In this document: one piece after another, positions 55,421 through 64,000 of the stretch
Position numbering within the stretch: position 1 is the first letter of the stretch
Layout of the letters: every line of letters begins with the position of its first letter
NCBI GenBank assembly: GCA_947629715.1
Contig: CANRET010000003.1
Location: 21,193 to 85,192, forward strand
Direction: 5' to 3'
Source of the DNA: an uncultured Akkermansia sp.
GTDB lineage: Bacteria > Verrucomicrobiota > Verrucomicrobiia > Verrucomicrobiales > Akkermansiaceae
Length of the DNA: 64,000 bases
The notes under the pieces: model-generated
Database searches by the model: none
What the model saw: only the letters and a program-made list of their open reading frames with translations
Told to the model about the DNA's origin: nothing
Position numbers and translations under genes: made by a program

Positions 55421-56122
55421 ATGTCAACAAAGCATTCAAAACGTTATACTCAAGCTGCAGGTTTGGTGGACTCCACCAAGTCCTACACCGTCGAGGAGGC
55501 TGTGGAACTCATGAAGAGTTTTCCTGCCCCTAAGTTCGATCCTACCGTTACCATCTCTTTTCACCTTACCGTTGATCCGCGTAAGTCCGACCAAATGGTT
55601 CGCAGCTCTGTCGCTCTTCCGCACGGTACCGGGAAAAATGTCCGTGTCATTGTCTTTGCACAGGGAGAGGCCGCACAGGCTGCCATTGATGCCGGGGCTG
55701 AAAAGGTAGGCTTGGAGGACCTTATCAAAGAGGTACAATCGGGTTTCCTCGCATTTGATAGCGCAATCGCCACCCCGGACGCCATGGCCCAGGTGCGTAA
55801 GATTGCTCGAGTCCTTGGTCCCCGAGGTCTTATGCCTAATCCCAAGACGGGTACCGTCACTGACGACACGGCCAAGGCTGTGCGTGAAGTAAAGGCTGGA
55901 CGCGTGGATTACAAAGTGGATAAAAACGCCAACATATCTGCGGCCGTCGGCAAGCTCTCTTTCAGCTCCGAGCAGCTTGCGGAGAACCTCCGCGCACTCA
56001 TTGCCTCTGTTGTCAAGGCGCGGCCTGCCGGGGCCAAAGGCGCCTATATTGCCGCCGCTACAGTGTCCTGTTCCATGAGTCCGGGCATCACACTCAACGC
56101 CACTGAATACGCGAAGCTCTGA
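55421..56122 (+). CDS. rplA: 50S ribosomal protein L1
   Basis: LPHGTGK, LGPRGLMPNPKTGTVT, GKLSF. Confidence 0.99.
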   Translation: MSTKHSKRYTQAAGLVDSTKSYTVEEAVELMKSFPAPKFDPTVTISFHLTVDPRKSDQMVRSSVALPHGTGKNVRVIVFAQGEAAQAAIDAGAEKVGLEDLIKEVQSGFLAFDSAIATPDAMAQVRKIARVLGPRGLMPNPKTGTVTDDTAKAVREVKAGRVDYKVDKNANISAAVGKLSFSSEQLAENLRALIASVVKARPAGAKGAYIAAATVSCSMSPGITLNATEYAKL

Positions 56123-56145
56123 GAACCCTAACATCTGAAACGACT

Positions 56146-56655
56146 ATGAGTACAGAAAAAAAAGTGAACGCAGACAAGGAGACTATTATCTCCCAGCTGC
56201 TTGAGAAGGTGAATGGCTCGCCGTTCCTGATTGTCATTGACTACGCCGGGGTGAGTGTGCCGGAGTTCACAGCTCTGCGCGCTTCGTTAGCGGCCAATGG
56301 AGCTTCCTGCACTGTTGCTAAAAACTCGTACATGGCCAAAGCTCTCGCCCAGGCGGGGCTTCCGGACATTTCTTCAGACCTCAAGGGACAGACTGCCTAT
56401 GTCACCGGACAGAGCGATATCTGCGCTGCCGCCAAGGTGATTAATGCTTTCGCCAAGGTCTCCAAAAAGGCCGAATATAAGACTGGCATTCTCGACGGAG
56501 CTCAACTGACGCCCGACAAAATCCGGGCGCTGGGAGATCTGCCCAGTCGTGAGGTGCTTTTGGCGACCTTGCTTGGTACTATCAACGGTGCCGGCGCGGC
56601 TCTCGCTCGCGTTATTCAGGCACATGTCGATCAACAAAACGGCACGGCTGAATGA
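56146..56655 (+). CDS. rplJ: 50S ribosomal protein L10
   Basis: DYAG, VAKN, LPSREVLLATL; synteny. Confidence 0.95.
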   Translation: MSTEKKVNADKETIISQLLEKVNGSPFLIVIDYAGVSVPEFTALRASLAANGASCTVAKNSYMAKALAQAGLPDISSDLKGQTAYVTGQSDICAAAKVINAFAKVSKKAEYKTGILDGAQLTPDKIRALGDLPSREVLLATLLGTINGAGAALARVIQAHVDQQNGTAE

Positions 56656-56818
56656 TCTGTGTCATCACAAAAAAAAGACTTGAACAGATAGCGTCGTTGT
56701 GGTATCACCTCCCGACGCCTGAAAATTAGGTTCTCTGTCGGCTCTCCGGCCGGTGAGAACTGAAATGGATGGGGAGCCCTCATCCGCGACAAGAACCAAT
56801 TAATTAACATACAAAACA

Positions 56819-57199
56819 ATGGCTGATATTAATACAATCGCTGAGGAACTCGGCAAGCTCACTATTCTGGAAGCCGCCGAGCTGGTTAAACTACTCGAAG
56901 AAAAATGGGGTGTTTCTGCTGCTGCACCTGTTGCCGCCGCCGCCCCGGGTGCTGCTGCCGCCCCCGCTGAAGCGGCAGAGGAAAAGACCGACTTCAATGT
57001 CGAGCTTACTGATGCCGGTGCCAACAAGATTGCCGTCATTAAGGCGGTGCGTACCGTCAAGCCCGGTCTGGGTCTGGCTGACGCCAAGAAGCTTGTGGAA
57101 AGCGCTCCTGCCGTCATTCTTGAAGGCGCCTCGAAGGAGGATGCTGACAAGGCTAAGGCTGAGCTCGAGAAGGCCGGTGCCAAAGTTACCATCAAGTAA
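56819..57199 (+). CDS. rplL: 50S ribosomal protein L7/L12
   Basis: [43 protein letters not shown]. Confidence 0.99.
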   Translation: MADINTIAEELGKLTILEAAELVKLLEEKWGVSAAAPVAAAAPGAAAAPAEAAEEKTDFNVELTDAGANKIAVIKAVRTVKPGLGLADAKKLVESAPAVILEGASKEDADKAKAELEKAGAKVTIK

Positions 57200-57431
57200 C
57201 CCGTCGCCTTTTGCGAAGGCAGGGGAGGACCGTGTCCTCCCCTGCGTTTCGTGTCCTCGTTGTCGTGAGGCTTTGCCTCTTCCCTCCCTCTCACTTAATA
57301 ATTTTTAACCCTCTGAAATCGACTCGGCGCGCACTCTCTGCGTACGCATTTCGCGCTCTGGGTCGGTTTTAGCCCATAAAATCGACCTGCATCCGGGATC
57401 CGAATGCAAAACTCAATCTCCCGCGCACTCC

Positions 57432-60400
57432 ATGTCCAAGCCCAAGCAAGAGCGAATTAGTTTCGGCAAGATCACTGAGGTTATTCAGCCGCCTAACCTC
57501 ATCGAGACACAGACCAAATCCTACGAAGAGTTTCTTCAACGCTTCACGGCTCCCTCAAAGCGCCTCAAAATGGGGTTGCAGGCTGTTTTGGCGGAACATT
57601 TCCCCATTGAGAGCTATGACTCTCAGATTCGTTTGGAGTTCATCTCTTATGAGGTTTCTCCGCCCAAAATTACAGATTTTGCCGCTATTCGCGCCGGGGA
57701 GACTTACAGCTCTTCTCTTTACATCCGTTTCCGTTTGAAGTGCAATGATTATAGTGCCGAGGAGGATGTTTACATGGGTGAAATTCCCATGATTACTGAC
57801 CGCGGAACTTTTGTCATCAATGGAGCAGAACGTGTTATCGTTGCTCAGTTGCATCGCTCTCCGGGCATCTGCTATGAGAAGACACGCCATGCCAATGGTA
57901 AGGAACTCTTCTCTTTCCGCATCATTCCCGACCGGGGATCTTGGTTGGAAGTTCAGTTCGATACGAACGACCTGATGTACGTGTACTTGGATCGCCGCCG
58001 CCGCCGCCGCAAATTCTTGGCTACTACGTTTCTTCGCTACTTGGGATATGAGAGCGACCGATCCATCGTTGAGCAGTTCTACACGATTCAGAAGCTGTGC
58101 ATTTCTGACGTGAGCGGCGATGAACTCGAATATCTCCTGCCGTTTGAGGACGTCAAGTACAGCGAGAAAAATTCCACTCGGCCGGCTTCTATTATCGCCA
58201 AAGCGTACGAGCCTCTCAGCTTTGCCACCATCCGAAGGATGCAAGAATTGGGCATTAAGACGGTCGAGGTTATTGACCAGCGTGAGGATGAGTTGCTCGT
58301 GAAAACTCTTAAGAAGGATCTCTCTTTTGATCGCGACAGCGCCCTCAAAGAGATATTCCGCAAGTTCCGCCCCGGAGATCCTACTTCGGTGCAGCAGGCA
58401 GCTGCCGCTCTGGATCGCCTTTTCCGCGAGGAGAGACGCTACGATCTCACCCGCGTGGGACGCTACAAGATTAACCAGAAGCTCGGCTTGGACGTGCCGG
58501 AGGATGTCCGGCTCATCCAGCCCATAGATTTCCTGACGGCTGTCAAATACTTGCTACGGTTGCGTCATGGCGAAGGTTCCGTGGACGACATTGATCACCT
58601 CGGTAACCGCCGGGTTCGAGCTGTGGGAGAACTCATTGCCAACCAGTGCCGCGTGGGTTTTGCTCGTACGGAGCGTTTGGTCAAAGAGCGCATGACTCTC
58701 TGCGATACCACTCGCAATGATCTCACGCCAAGCAAGCTCATTAACCCCAAGGCTCTCAGCGCCGTCATTCGCGATTTCTTCGGGCGCAGTCAGCTCTCCC
58801 AGTTCATGGATCAGATTAATCCGCTGGCGGAACTCACGCACAAGCGTCGTCTCTCTGCCCTCGGCCCGGGAGGTTTGAACCGTGACCGCGCCGGCTTTGA
58901 GGTGCGTGACGTGCATCCTTCACACTACGGACGCATCTGCCCGATTGAGACGCCGGAAGGACCCAACATCGGTCTTATCAACTCTCTTTGCACCTACGCT
59001 CGCATTGATGAGTACGGCTTCATCGAAACCCCTTTCCGCAAGGTTAAAACGATCCAGAAAAAGAACAAGAAAGGCGGAGTGGATACAGAGGTAATCATCA
59101 CCAACGAGGTTGAGTACCTCTCGGCTGACAAGGAGGAGTACCACCTCATTGCTCAGGCCAACAATCCCATTGACAACGACAATGGGCACGGGCATTTTGT
59201 CAAGCCTCGCGTTACTGCGCGCGAACACGGTGAATTCATTGAGGTGGATCCCCGTCGCGTGGAGTACATGGATGTGTCTCCAAAGCAGATCATTTCTATC
59301 GCCGCTGGCCTTATTCCCTTTTTGGAACACGATGACGCCAACCGCGCTCTCATGGGAGCCAACATGCAGCGCCAGGGTGTACCGCTCATGGTTAATCAAG
59401 CTCCGCTTGTGGGTACTGGCATTGAAGCCAAATGCGCTCGCGACAGCGGCGCGGTGGTGGTTGCCGAAGGCCCGGGCATCGTTGCCTCGGCCACAGCCGA
59501 ATACATTGTCACTACCAAAAATGGCGAATTGCCGGTAGCCCCTCAGCGTTGGCTGAGTGACCCTGACAGCATCAAAACAAATCCTGATGAGGGGATCTAT
59601 GTATACCAGCTGCGCAAGTTCATGCGTTCCAATGCCTCCACCTGCATCAATCAACGTCCTATTGTGGCGCGTGGCGCAAAGGTGAAAGCCGGAGACGTGC
59701 TGGCCGATGGGCCCTGCACAGACGGTGGGGAGCTCGCTCTGGGGCGGAATGTGCTTGTGGCTTACATGTCTTGGTACGGCTACAACTTCGAGGACGCCAT
59801 CATCATCTCGGAACGACTGGTGCAGGAGGATGCTTACACTTCCATCCACATTGAGGAGTTTGAGGAGAAAGCTCGTGATACCAAGCTCGGACCGGAAGAG
59901 ATTACGCGCGATATTCCCAATGTGGGTGACGAAGCCCTTAAGAATTTGGGGAGCGATGGTGTTGTACGCATCGGAGCGGAGGTGAAACCCGGAGATATTT
60001 TGGTGGGTAAGATTAGTCCGAAGAGCGAGACTGACCTCGCCCCGGAAGAGCGTTTGCTGCGAGCCATTTTTGGCGAGAAAGCGGCGGATGTAAAAGATAC
60101 GTCCCTGCGTGTGCCTCCCGGCACTACCGGTGTGGTTATGGATGTGCGCATCGTTCGTTCCGTTGCTCCCGGTGCTCCGGAGATGGATTCCGAGAAAGAA
60201 GCTCAAAAACAGCGCAAAAAGGTGGATGAGGAATATGTGCGCGATAAGAAAAATCTCATCGATTTGCTCACCAGTCGCCTCTCTGATCGTTTGCTTGGGG
60301 AGAAGATTCCCTTGGAGGTTACCCGCGCGGGAACCGGAGAGGTCCTTATTCCTGCCAACCGCAAGATTACCAAGACTCTTCTCCATAATCTGGCCGAACA

Positions 60401-61508
60401 TCACGACCAGATTGATATGAACGAGAGTCCCGTACGCAATCAAATCTTTGAGATCGTTAACGCCTACGAGTCGCGTTTCCGCGATTTGGATGAGGAACGC
60501 GATCGCAAGCTCGATCAAATTGAGGCCGGCGCTGAGATGGAGCCTGGTGTTGTCACTGAAGTGAAGGTGTACATTGCTACCAAGCGTAAGCTCGGCGTGG
60601 GTGATAAGATGGCCGGTCGCCATGGCAACAAGGGCGTTTGCTCTCGCGTCCTTCCCGTCGAAGATATGCCTTATTTGGAGGATGGTACTCCGGTGGATAT
60701 CATTCTCAATCCCCTCGGTGTGCCTTCGCGCATGAATGTGGGACAGGTGCTTGAAGCGCACTTGGGCGTGGCTGCCAAGGCTCTGGGATTCAAAGTGGCC
60801 ACGCCTGTGTTCGATGGCATCGATGAGGCCAAGATTTGGGATTACATGAGCCAGGCCAAGAAGGTACCAGGCTTCACATGGGTTGGCGATGGCAAGGATG
60901 GCTCTGTGGCCGGCAAGAGTCGTCTTATTGATGGTCTCACCGGTGAATATTTCCATTACCCTGTAGTGGTAGGATATACCTACATGCTTAAGTTGAACCA
61001 TCTTGTTGCCGACAAGGTGCATGCGCGCGCCGTAGGCACTTACTCGCTTGTCACTCAGCAACCATTGGGAGGCAAGGCTCAGCATGGTGGTCAGCGTTTT
61101 GGCGAAATGGAGGTGTGGGCTATGGAAGCTTATGGCGCAGCCTACACGCTGCAGGAGCTGCTCACCGTTAAGTCTGATGATGTACAGGGACGCACGCGCA
61201 TCTATGAGAATATAGTGCGCGGTGACAACTCCTTGGAAGCCGGAACTCCGGAATCCTTCAATGTGCTTATCAAGGAGATGCAGGCTCTTTGTTTGAATGT
61301 ACAACCCCTTGAGAAGCGCTACCAGGATGGAGCGAACTCTCAAGAAGTGGATGTCTTCCAAGTGTTGGCGGACGTGGCTGACGAGGAAGAGATTCAGAAA
61401 GATGTGCAGGATTACGAAGATATGATCGAAATCCGCTTGGATGGTTCAGAATCAGAACTCAATACTCCCATTGAACTCCATGCTGACGAGGAAGAGTCTG
61501 ATCGTTAA
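57432..61508 (+). CDS. rpoB: RNA polymerase beta subunit
   Basis: QLSQFMDQ, HYGRICPIETPEGPNIGLI, GDKMAGRHGNKG, GGKAQHGGQRFGEMEVWA. Confidence 0.99.
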   Translation: MSKPKQERISFGKITEVIQPPNLIETQTKSYEEFLQRFTAPSKRLKMGLQAVLAEHFPIESYDSQIRLEFISYEVSPPKITDFAAIRAGETYSSSLYIRFRLKCNDYSAEEDVYMGEIPMITDRGTFVINGAERVIVAQLHRSPGICYEKTRHANGKELFSFRIIPDRGSWLEVQFDTNDLMYVYLDRRRRRRKFLATTFLRYLGYESDRSIVEQFYTIQKLCISDVSGDELEYLLPFEDVKYSEKNSTRPASIIAKAYEPLSFATIRRMQELGIKTVEVIDQREDELLVKTLKKDLSFDRDSALKEIFRKFRPGDPTSVQQAAAALDRLFREERRYDLTRVGRYKINQKLGLDVPEDVRLIQPIDFLTAVKYLLRLRHGEGSVDDIDHLGNRRVRAVGELIANQCRVGFARTERLVKERMTLCDTTRNDLTPSKLINPKALSAVIRDFFGRSQLSQFMDQINPLAELTHKRRLSALGPGGLNRDRAGFEVRDVHPSHYGRICPIETPEGPNIGLINSLCTYARIDEYGFIETPFRKVKTIQKKNKKGGVDTEVIITNEVEYLSADKEEYHLIAQANNPIDNDNGHGHFVKPRVTAREHGEFIEVDPRRVEYMDVSPKQIISIAAGLIPFLEHDDANRALMGANMQRQGVPLMVNQAPLVGTGIEAKCARDSGAVVVAEGPGIVASATAEYIVTTKNGELPVAPQRWLSDPDSIKTNPDEGIYVYQLRKFMRSNASTCINQRPIVARGAKVKAGDVLADGPCTDGGELALGRNVLVAYMSWYGYNFEDAIIISERLVQEDAYTSIHIEEFEEKARDTKLGPEEITRDIPNVGDEALKNLGSDGVVRIGAEVKPGDILVGKISPKSETDLAPEERLLRAIFGEKAADVKDTSLRVPPGTTGVVMDVRIVRSVAPGAPEMDSEKEAQKQRKKVDEEYVRDKKNLIDLLTSRLSDRLLGEKIPLEVTRAGTGEVLIPANRKITKTLLHNLAEHHDQIDMNESPVRNQIFEIVNAYESRFRDLDEERDRKLDQIEAGAEMEPGVVTEVKVYIATKRKLGVGDKMAGRHGNKGVCSRVLPVEDMPYLEDGTPVDIILNPLGVPSRMNVGQVLEAHLGVAAKALGFKVATPVFDGIDEAKIWDYMSQAKKVPGFTWVGDGKDGSVAGKSRLIDGLTGEYFHYPVVVGYTYMLKLNHLVADKVHARAVGTYSLVTQQPLGGKAQHGGQRFGEMEVWAMEAYGAAYTLQELLTVKSDDVQGRTRIYENIVRGDNSLEAGTPESFNVLIKEMQALCLNVQPLEKRYQDGANSQEVDVFQVLADVADEEEIQKDVQDYEDMIEIRLDGSESELNTPIELHADEEESDR

Positions 61509-61543
61509 TTCCATGATACTGCAATCTTCAACCCTTTACCTAT

Positions 61544-64000
61544 ATGTCTCAAGCCGATATTAACACCGAGAAGCCAAAAAACTTCGATCAGGTTTGCATC
61601 ACTGTTGCCAGCCCGGACGACATTCGCAAGTGGTCCAGCGGCGAGGTGAAAAACCCCGAGACGATTAATTATCGAACCTTCAAACCCGAGAGAGGAGGCC
61701 TTTTTTGCGAGCGCATATTTGGCCCCACTCGCGACATGGAGTGCTCCTGCGGACGGTACAAGCGTGCCAAAAACAAGGGTATGATCTGTGATCGCTGTGG
61801 TGTGGAGGTTACTTCATCCCGTGTGCGCCGTGAGCGCATGGGGCATATCAACTTGGCTGTCCCCGTCACTCACATTTGGTTCTACAAATGTATGCCCAGT
61901 CGCATCGGTCTTATCCTCGACCTTACCGCTAAGGATCTCGAACGTATCATCTATTACGAGGATTACATTGTCATTGATCCACGTGGCGTGAACGGCATTG
62001 AGCGTGGCATGATTCTCAGTGAGGAGCAGTATGAGGAAATTGTAGAGGATTACGGTGATGACGCTCCTGAGGCTGCCATGGGTGCAGTGGCTATTCAGCG
62101 TTTGTTGGAAACCATCGATTTGGACGCTCTTATTGATCAGCTGCGACATGAAATGGATAAGACCAATTCCAAACAAAGCAAGCGTAAGATCGCCAAGCGG
62201 CTTCAACTCGCTCAAGGCTTCCGCAATAGCGGTTGCCACCCGGAGTGGATGGTCCTCACGGTTCTTCCGGTTATCCCGCCGGATCTTCGTCCTCTCGTGC
62301 CCTTGCCCGGAGGTCGCTTTGCGACCAGTGATTTGAATGATTTGTACCGTCGTGTCATCAACCGCAACAATCGCCTCACGGAGCTTGCCTCCCTGCAAAC
62401 TCCCGAGGTGATTCGCCGCAATGAGATGCGCATGCTCCAAGAAGCGGTGGACGCTCTCTTTGACAATGGTCGCCATGGTCGTCATGTCACCGGTGCCGGC
62501 AATCGTCCTCTTAAGTCGCTTTCCGATATGCTTAAAGGCAAGAGCGGACGTTTCCGCCAAAACCTGCTGGGCAAGCGTGTGGACTACTCGGGACGTTCGG
62601 TGATTGTGATTGGTCCGAACCTCAAGATGAATCAGTGCGGTCTTCCCAAAAAGATGGCGCTCACGCTCTTTGAGCCTTTCATCATTCACCGTCTTAAAGA
62701 GCTTGGCTACGTGCATACTGTGCGCTCGGCCAAGAAAATGATCGATCGTAAGGAGACCGTGGTGTGGGATATCTTGGAAGAGGTCACCAAGGGGCACCCT
62801 GTTTTCCTGAACCGTGCCCCGACGCTGCACCGCCTCTCAATTCAGGCCTTCGAGCCTGTGCTTATCGAGGGTTCTGCTATTCGTCTGCATCCTCTGGTGT
62901 GCACCGGGTACAACGCAGACTTCGATGGCGACCAGATGGCTGTCCATGTGCCGCTTTCCGTAGAGGCTCAGTTGGAGGCTCGCTTACTCATGCTTGCGCC
63001 CAACAACATCTTTTCTCCGGCCTCCGGCAAACCTATCTCTACTCCGACGCAAGATATCATTCTGGGCGCGTATTACCTCACTCACACTCGGGCGAAAATT
63101 GTAAAGGAGAATCAGGATAATCAGCATCTGTTGCCTCTCTTTGAGTCCATTTCTGAGGTGGAGTTTGCTATCGCTTCTCGCAAGATTGGATACCACGACT
63201 GGATCCGCCTCAAGAACCCCGACTACGGCAAGTCCGGTAAGGAATTTGACCGCCTCTCCTTCAACCAGGAGAATGTCGATAAGAAGACGATTGTTACGAC
63301 TGCTGGTCGCGTCCGTTTCAACGAGATTTGGCCCAATGAGATTGGCTATATCAACCGCAACGTCGGTAAAAAGCAGCTTGGAGAAATCATCTGGCGTTGC
63401 TACCAAACTTGCGGTCAGAAACGCACGGTGGAGACGCTCGATGCCCTGAAGGCGCTCGGCTATAAGGAGGCTACGCGCTCCGGCTGCTCCATCGGTATCG
63501 TGGATATGGTGGAGCCGGAGAGCAAGGATGCTCTCATCGCTGAGGCATACAATGAGGTGACCAAAGTGACCGAGCAGTACGAGGAGGGTCTCATTACGAA
63601 CGGTGAGCGCTACGAAAAGGTCGTGAACATCTGGTCTTCTACAACCGATGCCATTCAGAAGGAACTTTATACCAAGTTGGAGTACAACGATGGCTCCGCC
63701 GTGGCCAATCCGCTCTTCATGATGGTGGACTCCGGCGCGCGTGGTAACAAGGCTCAGATCAAGCAGCTCTCCGGTATGCGAGGCCTCATGGCTAAGCCCT
63801 CCGGCGAGATTATTGAGCGTCCCATTACCTCCAACTTCCGCGAGGGGCTCTCTGTGTTGGAGTACTTCATCTCTACCCACGGTGCTCGTAAGGGACTGGC
63901 TGATACCGCATTGAAGACGGCTGACTCCGGTTACATGACCCGCAAGCTTGTGGACGTGGCTCAGGATGTCATTGTGCGCGATGAGGATTGCGGTACAGAC
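61544..64000 (+). CDS. rpoC: RNA polymerase beta' subunit (partial, runs off window)
   Basis: [16 protein letters not shown] start; [33 protein letters not shown], catalytic [23 protein letters not shown]. Not in the supplied ORF track because it has no stop in the window. Confidence 0.98.
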   Translation, partial: MSQADINTEKPKNFDQVCITVASPDDIRKWSSGEVKNPETINYRTFKPERGGLFCERIFGPTRDMECSCGRYKRAKNKGMICDRCGVEVTSSRVRRERMGHINLAVPVTHIWFYKCMPSRIGLILDLTAKDLERIIYYEDYIVIDPRGVNGIERGMILSEEQYEEIVEDYGDDAPEAAMGAVAIQRLLETIDLDALIDQLRHEMDKTNSKQSKRKIAKRLQLAQGFRNSGCHPEWMVLTVLPVIPPDLRPLVPLPGGRFATSDLNDLYRRVINRNNRLTELASLQTPEVIRRNEMRMLQEAVDALFDNGRHGRHVTGAGNRPLKSLSDMLKGKSGRFRQNLLGKRVDYSGRSVIVIGPNLKMNQCGLPKKMALTLFEPFIIHRLKELGYVHTVRSAKKMIDRKETVVWDILEEVTKGHPVFLNRAPTLHRLSIQAFEPVLIEGSAIRLHPLVCTGYNADFDGDQMAVHVPLSVEAQLEARLLMLAPNNIFSPASGKPISTPTQDIILGAYYLTHTRAKIVKENQDNQHLLPLFESISEVEFAIASRKIGYHDWIRLKNPDYGKSGKEFDRLSFNQENVDKKTIVTTAGRVRFNEIWPNEIGYINRNVGKKQLGEIIWRCYQTCGQKRTVETLDALKALGYKEATRSGCSIGIVDMVEPESKDALIAEAYNEVTKVTEQYEEGLITNGERYEKVVNIWSSTTDAIQKELYTKLEYNDGSAVANPLFMMVDSGARGNKAQIKQLSGMRGLMAKPSGEIIERPITSNFREGLSVLEYFISTHGARKGLADTALKTADSGYMTRKLVDVAQDVIVRDEDCGTD

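Noticed and set aside
57993-58010. (CGC)6 microsatellite in rpoB as a contingency locus
   Set aside because: It encodes an in-frame poly-Arg stretch in an essential gene, and triplet slippage would not switch expression.
58780-58880. Rifampicin-resistance substitutions in rpoB cluster I
   Set aside because: SQLSQFMDQINPLAELTHKRRLSALG keeps the usual sensitive Q, D, H and S residues.
58920-61361. Long antisense ORFs (813 aa opposite rpoB; also 6347-8197, 20498-21808, 27866-29296, 45849-47270)
   Set aside because: They are shadows of well-supported genes on the other strand, expected from codon bias, and show no family motifs.

Overview
64 kb of chromosome from an Akkermansia-like (Verrucomicrobiota) gut bacterium. 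The taxon is inferred from an autotransporter with an MKLHLP N-terminus, GH110/GH20 mucin-type glycosidases, an ExbB-ExbD-ExbD-TPR locus, and Shine-Dalgarno-poor start regions. Left arm (+): two small secreted paralogues, GH110, DUF1015, an orphan adenine MTase, serA, manC, yqgF and two tandem GH20s. These are followed by a VanX-like lipoprotein, a histone-H1-like protein, two MsbA-like exporters, a mutarotase, a probable 6S RNA and pgm. Centre: a 1476-aa autotransporter preceded by a perfect 17-bp inverted-repeat pair that looks like an invertible promoter, then tRNA-Arg, purA, carA, a yqjD/E/K-like trio, GT25, thrS-infC, a PiT transporter, and a minus-strand operon (IF-1-like, trmL, RNase H-like exonuclease, two RlaP-like Pol-beta nucleotidyltransferases). 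Right arm: a MUL1-like mucin-uptake locus, truA, and the tRNA-Thr-tuf-tRNA-Trp-secE-nusG-rplKAJL-rpoB-rpoC core cluster (rpoC cut by the window edge). Best novelty candidate: the switch at 22047-22215, where the 17-bp repeat is itself the promoter spacer, so inversion would join an internal TTGACA to an external TACCCT in front of the autotransporter. I saw no CRISPR array, transposase, recombinase or prophage. All calls are from motif recognition by eye; no database search was run.
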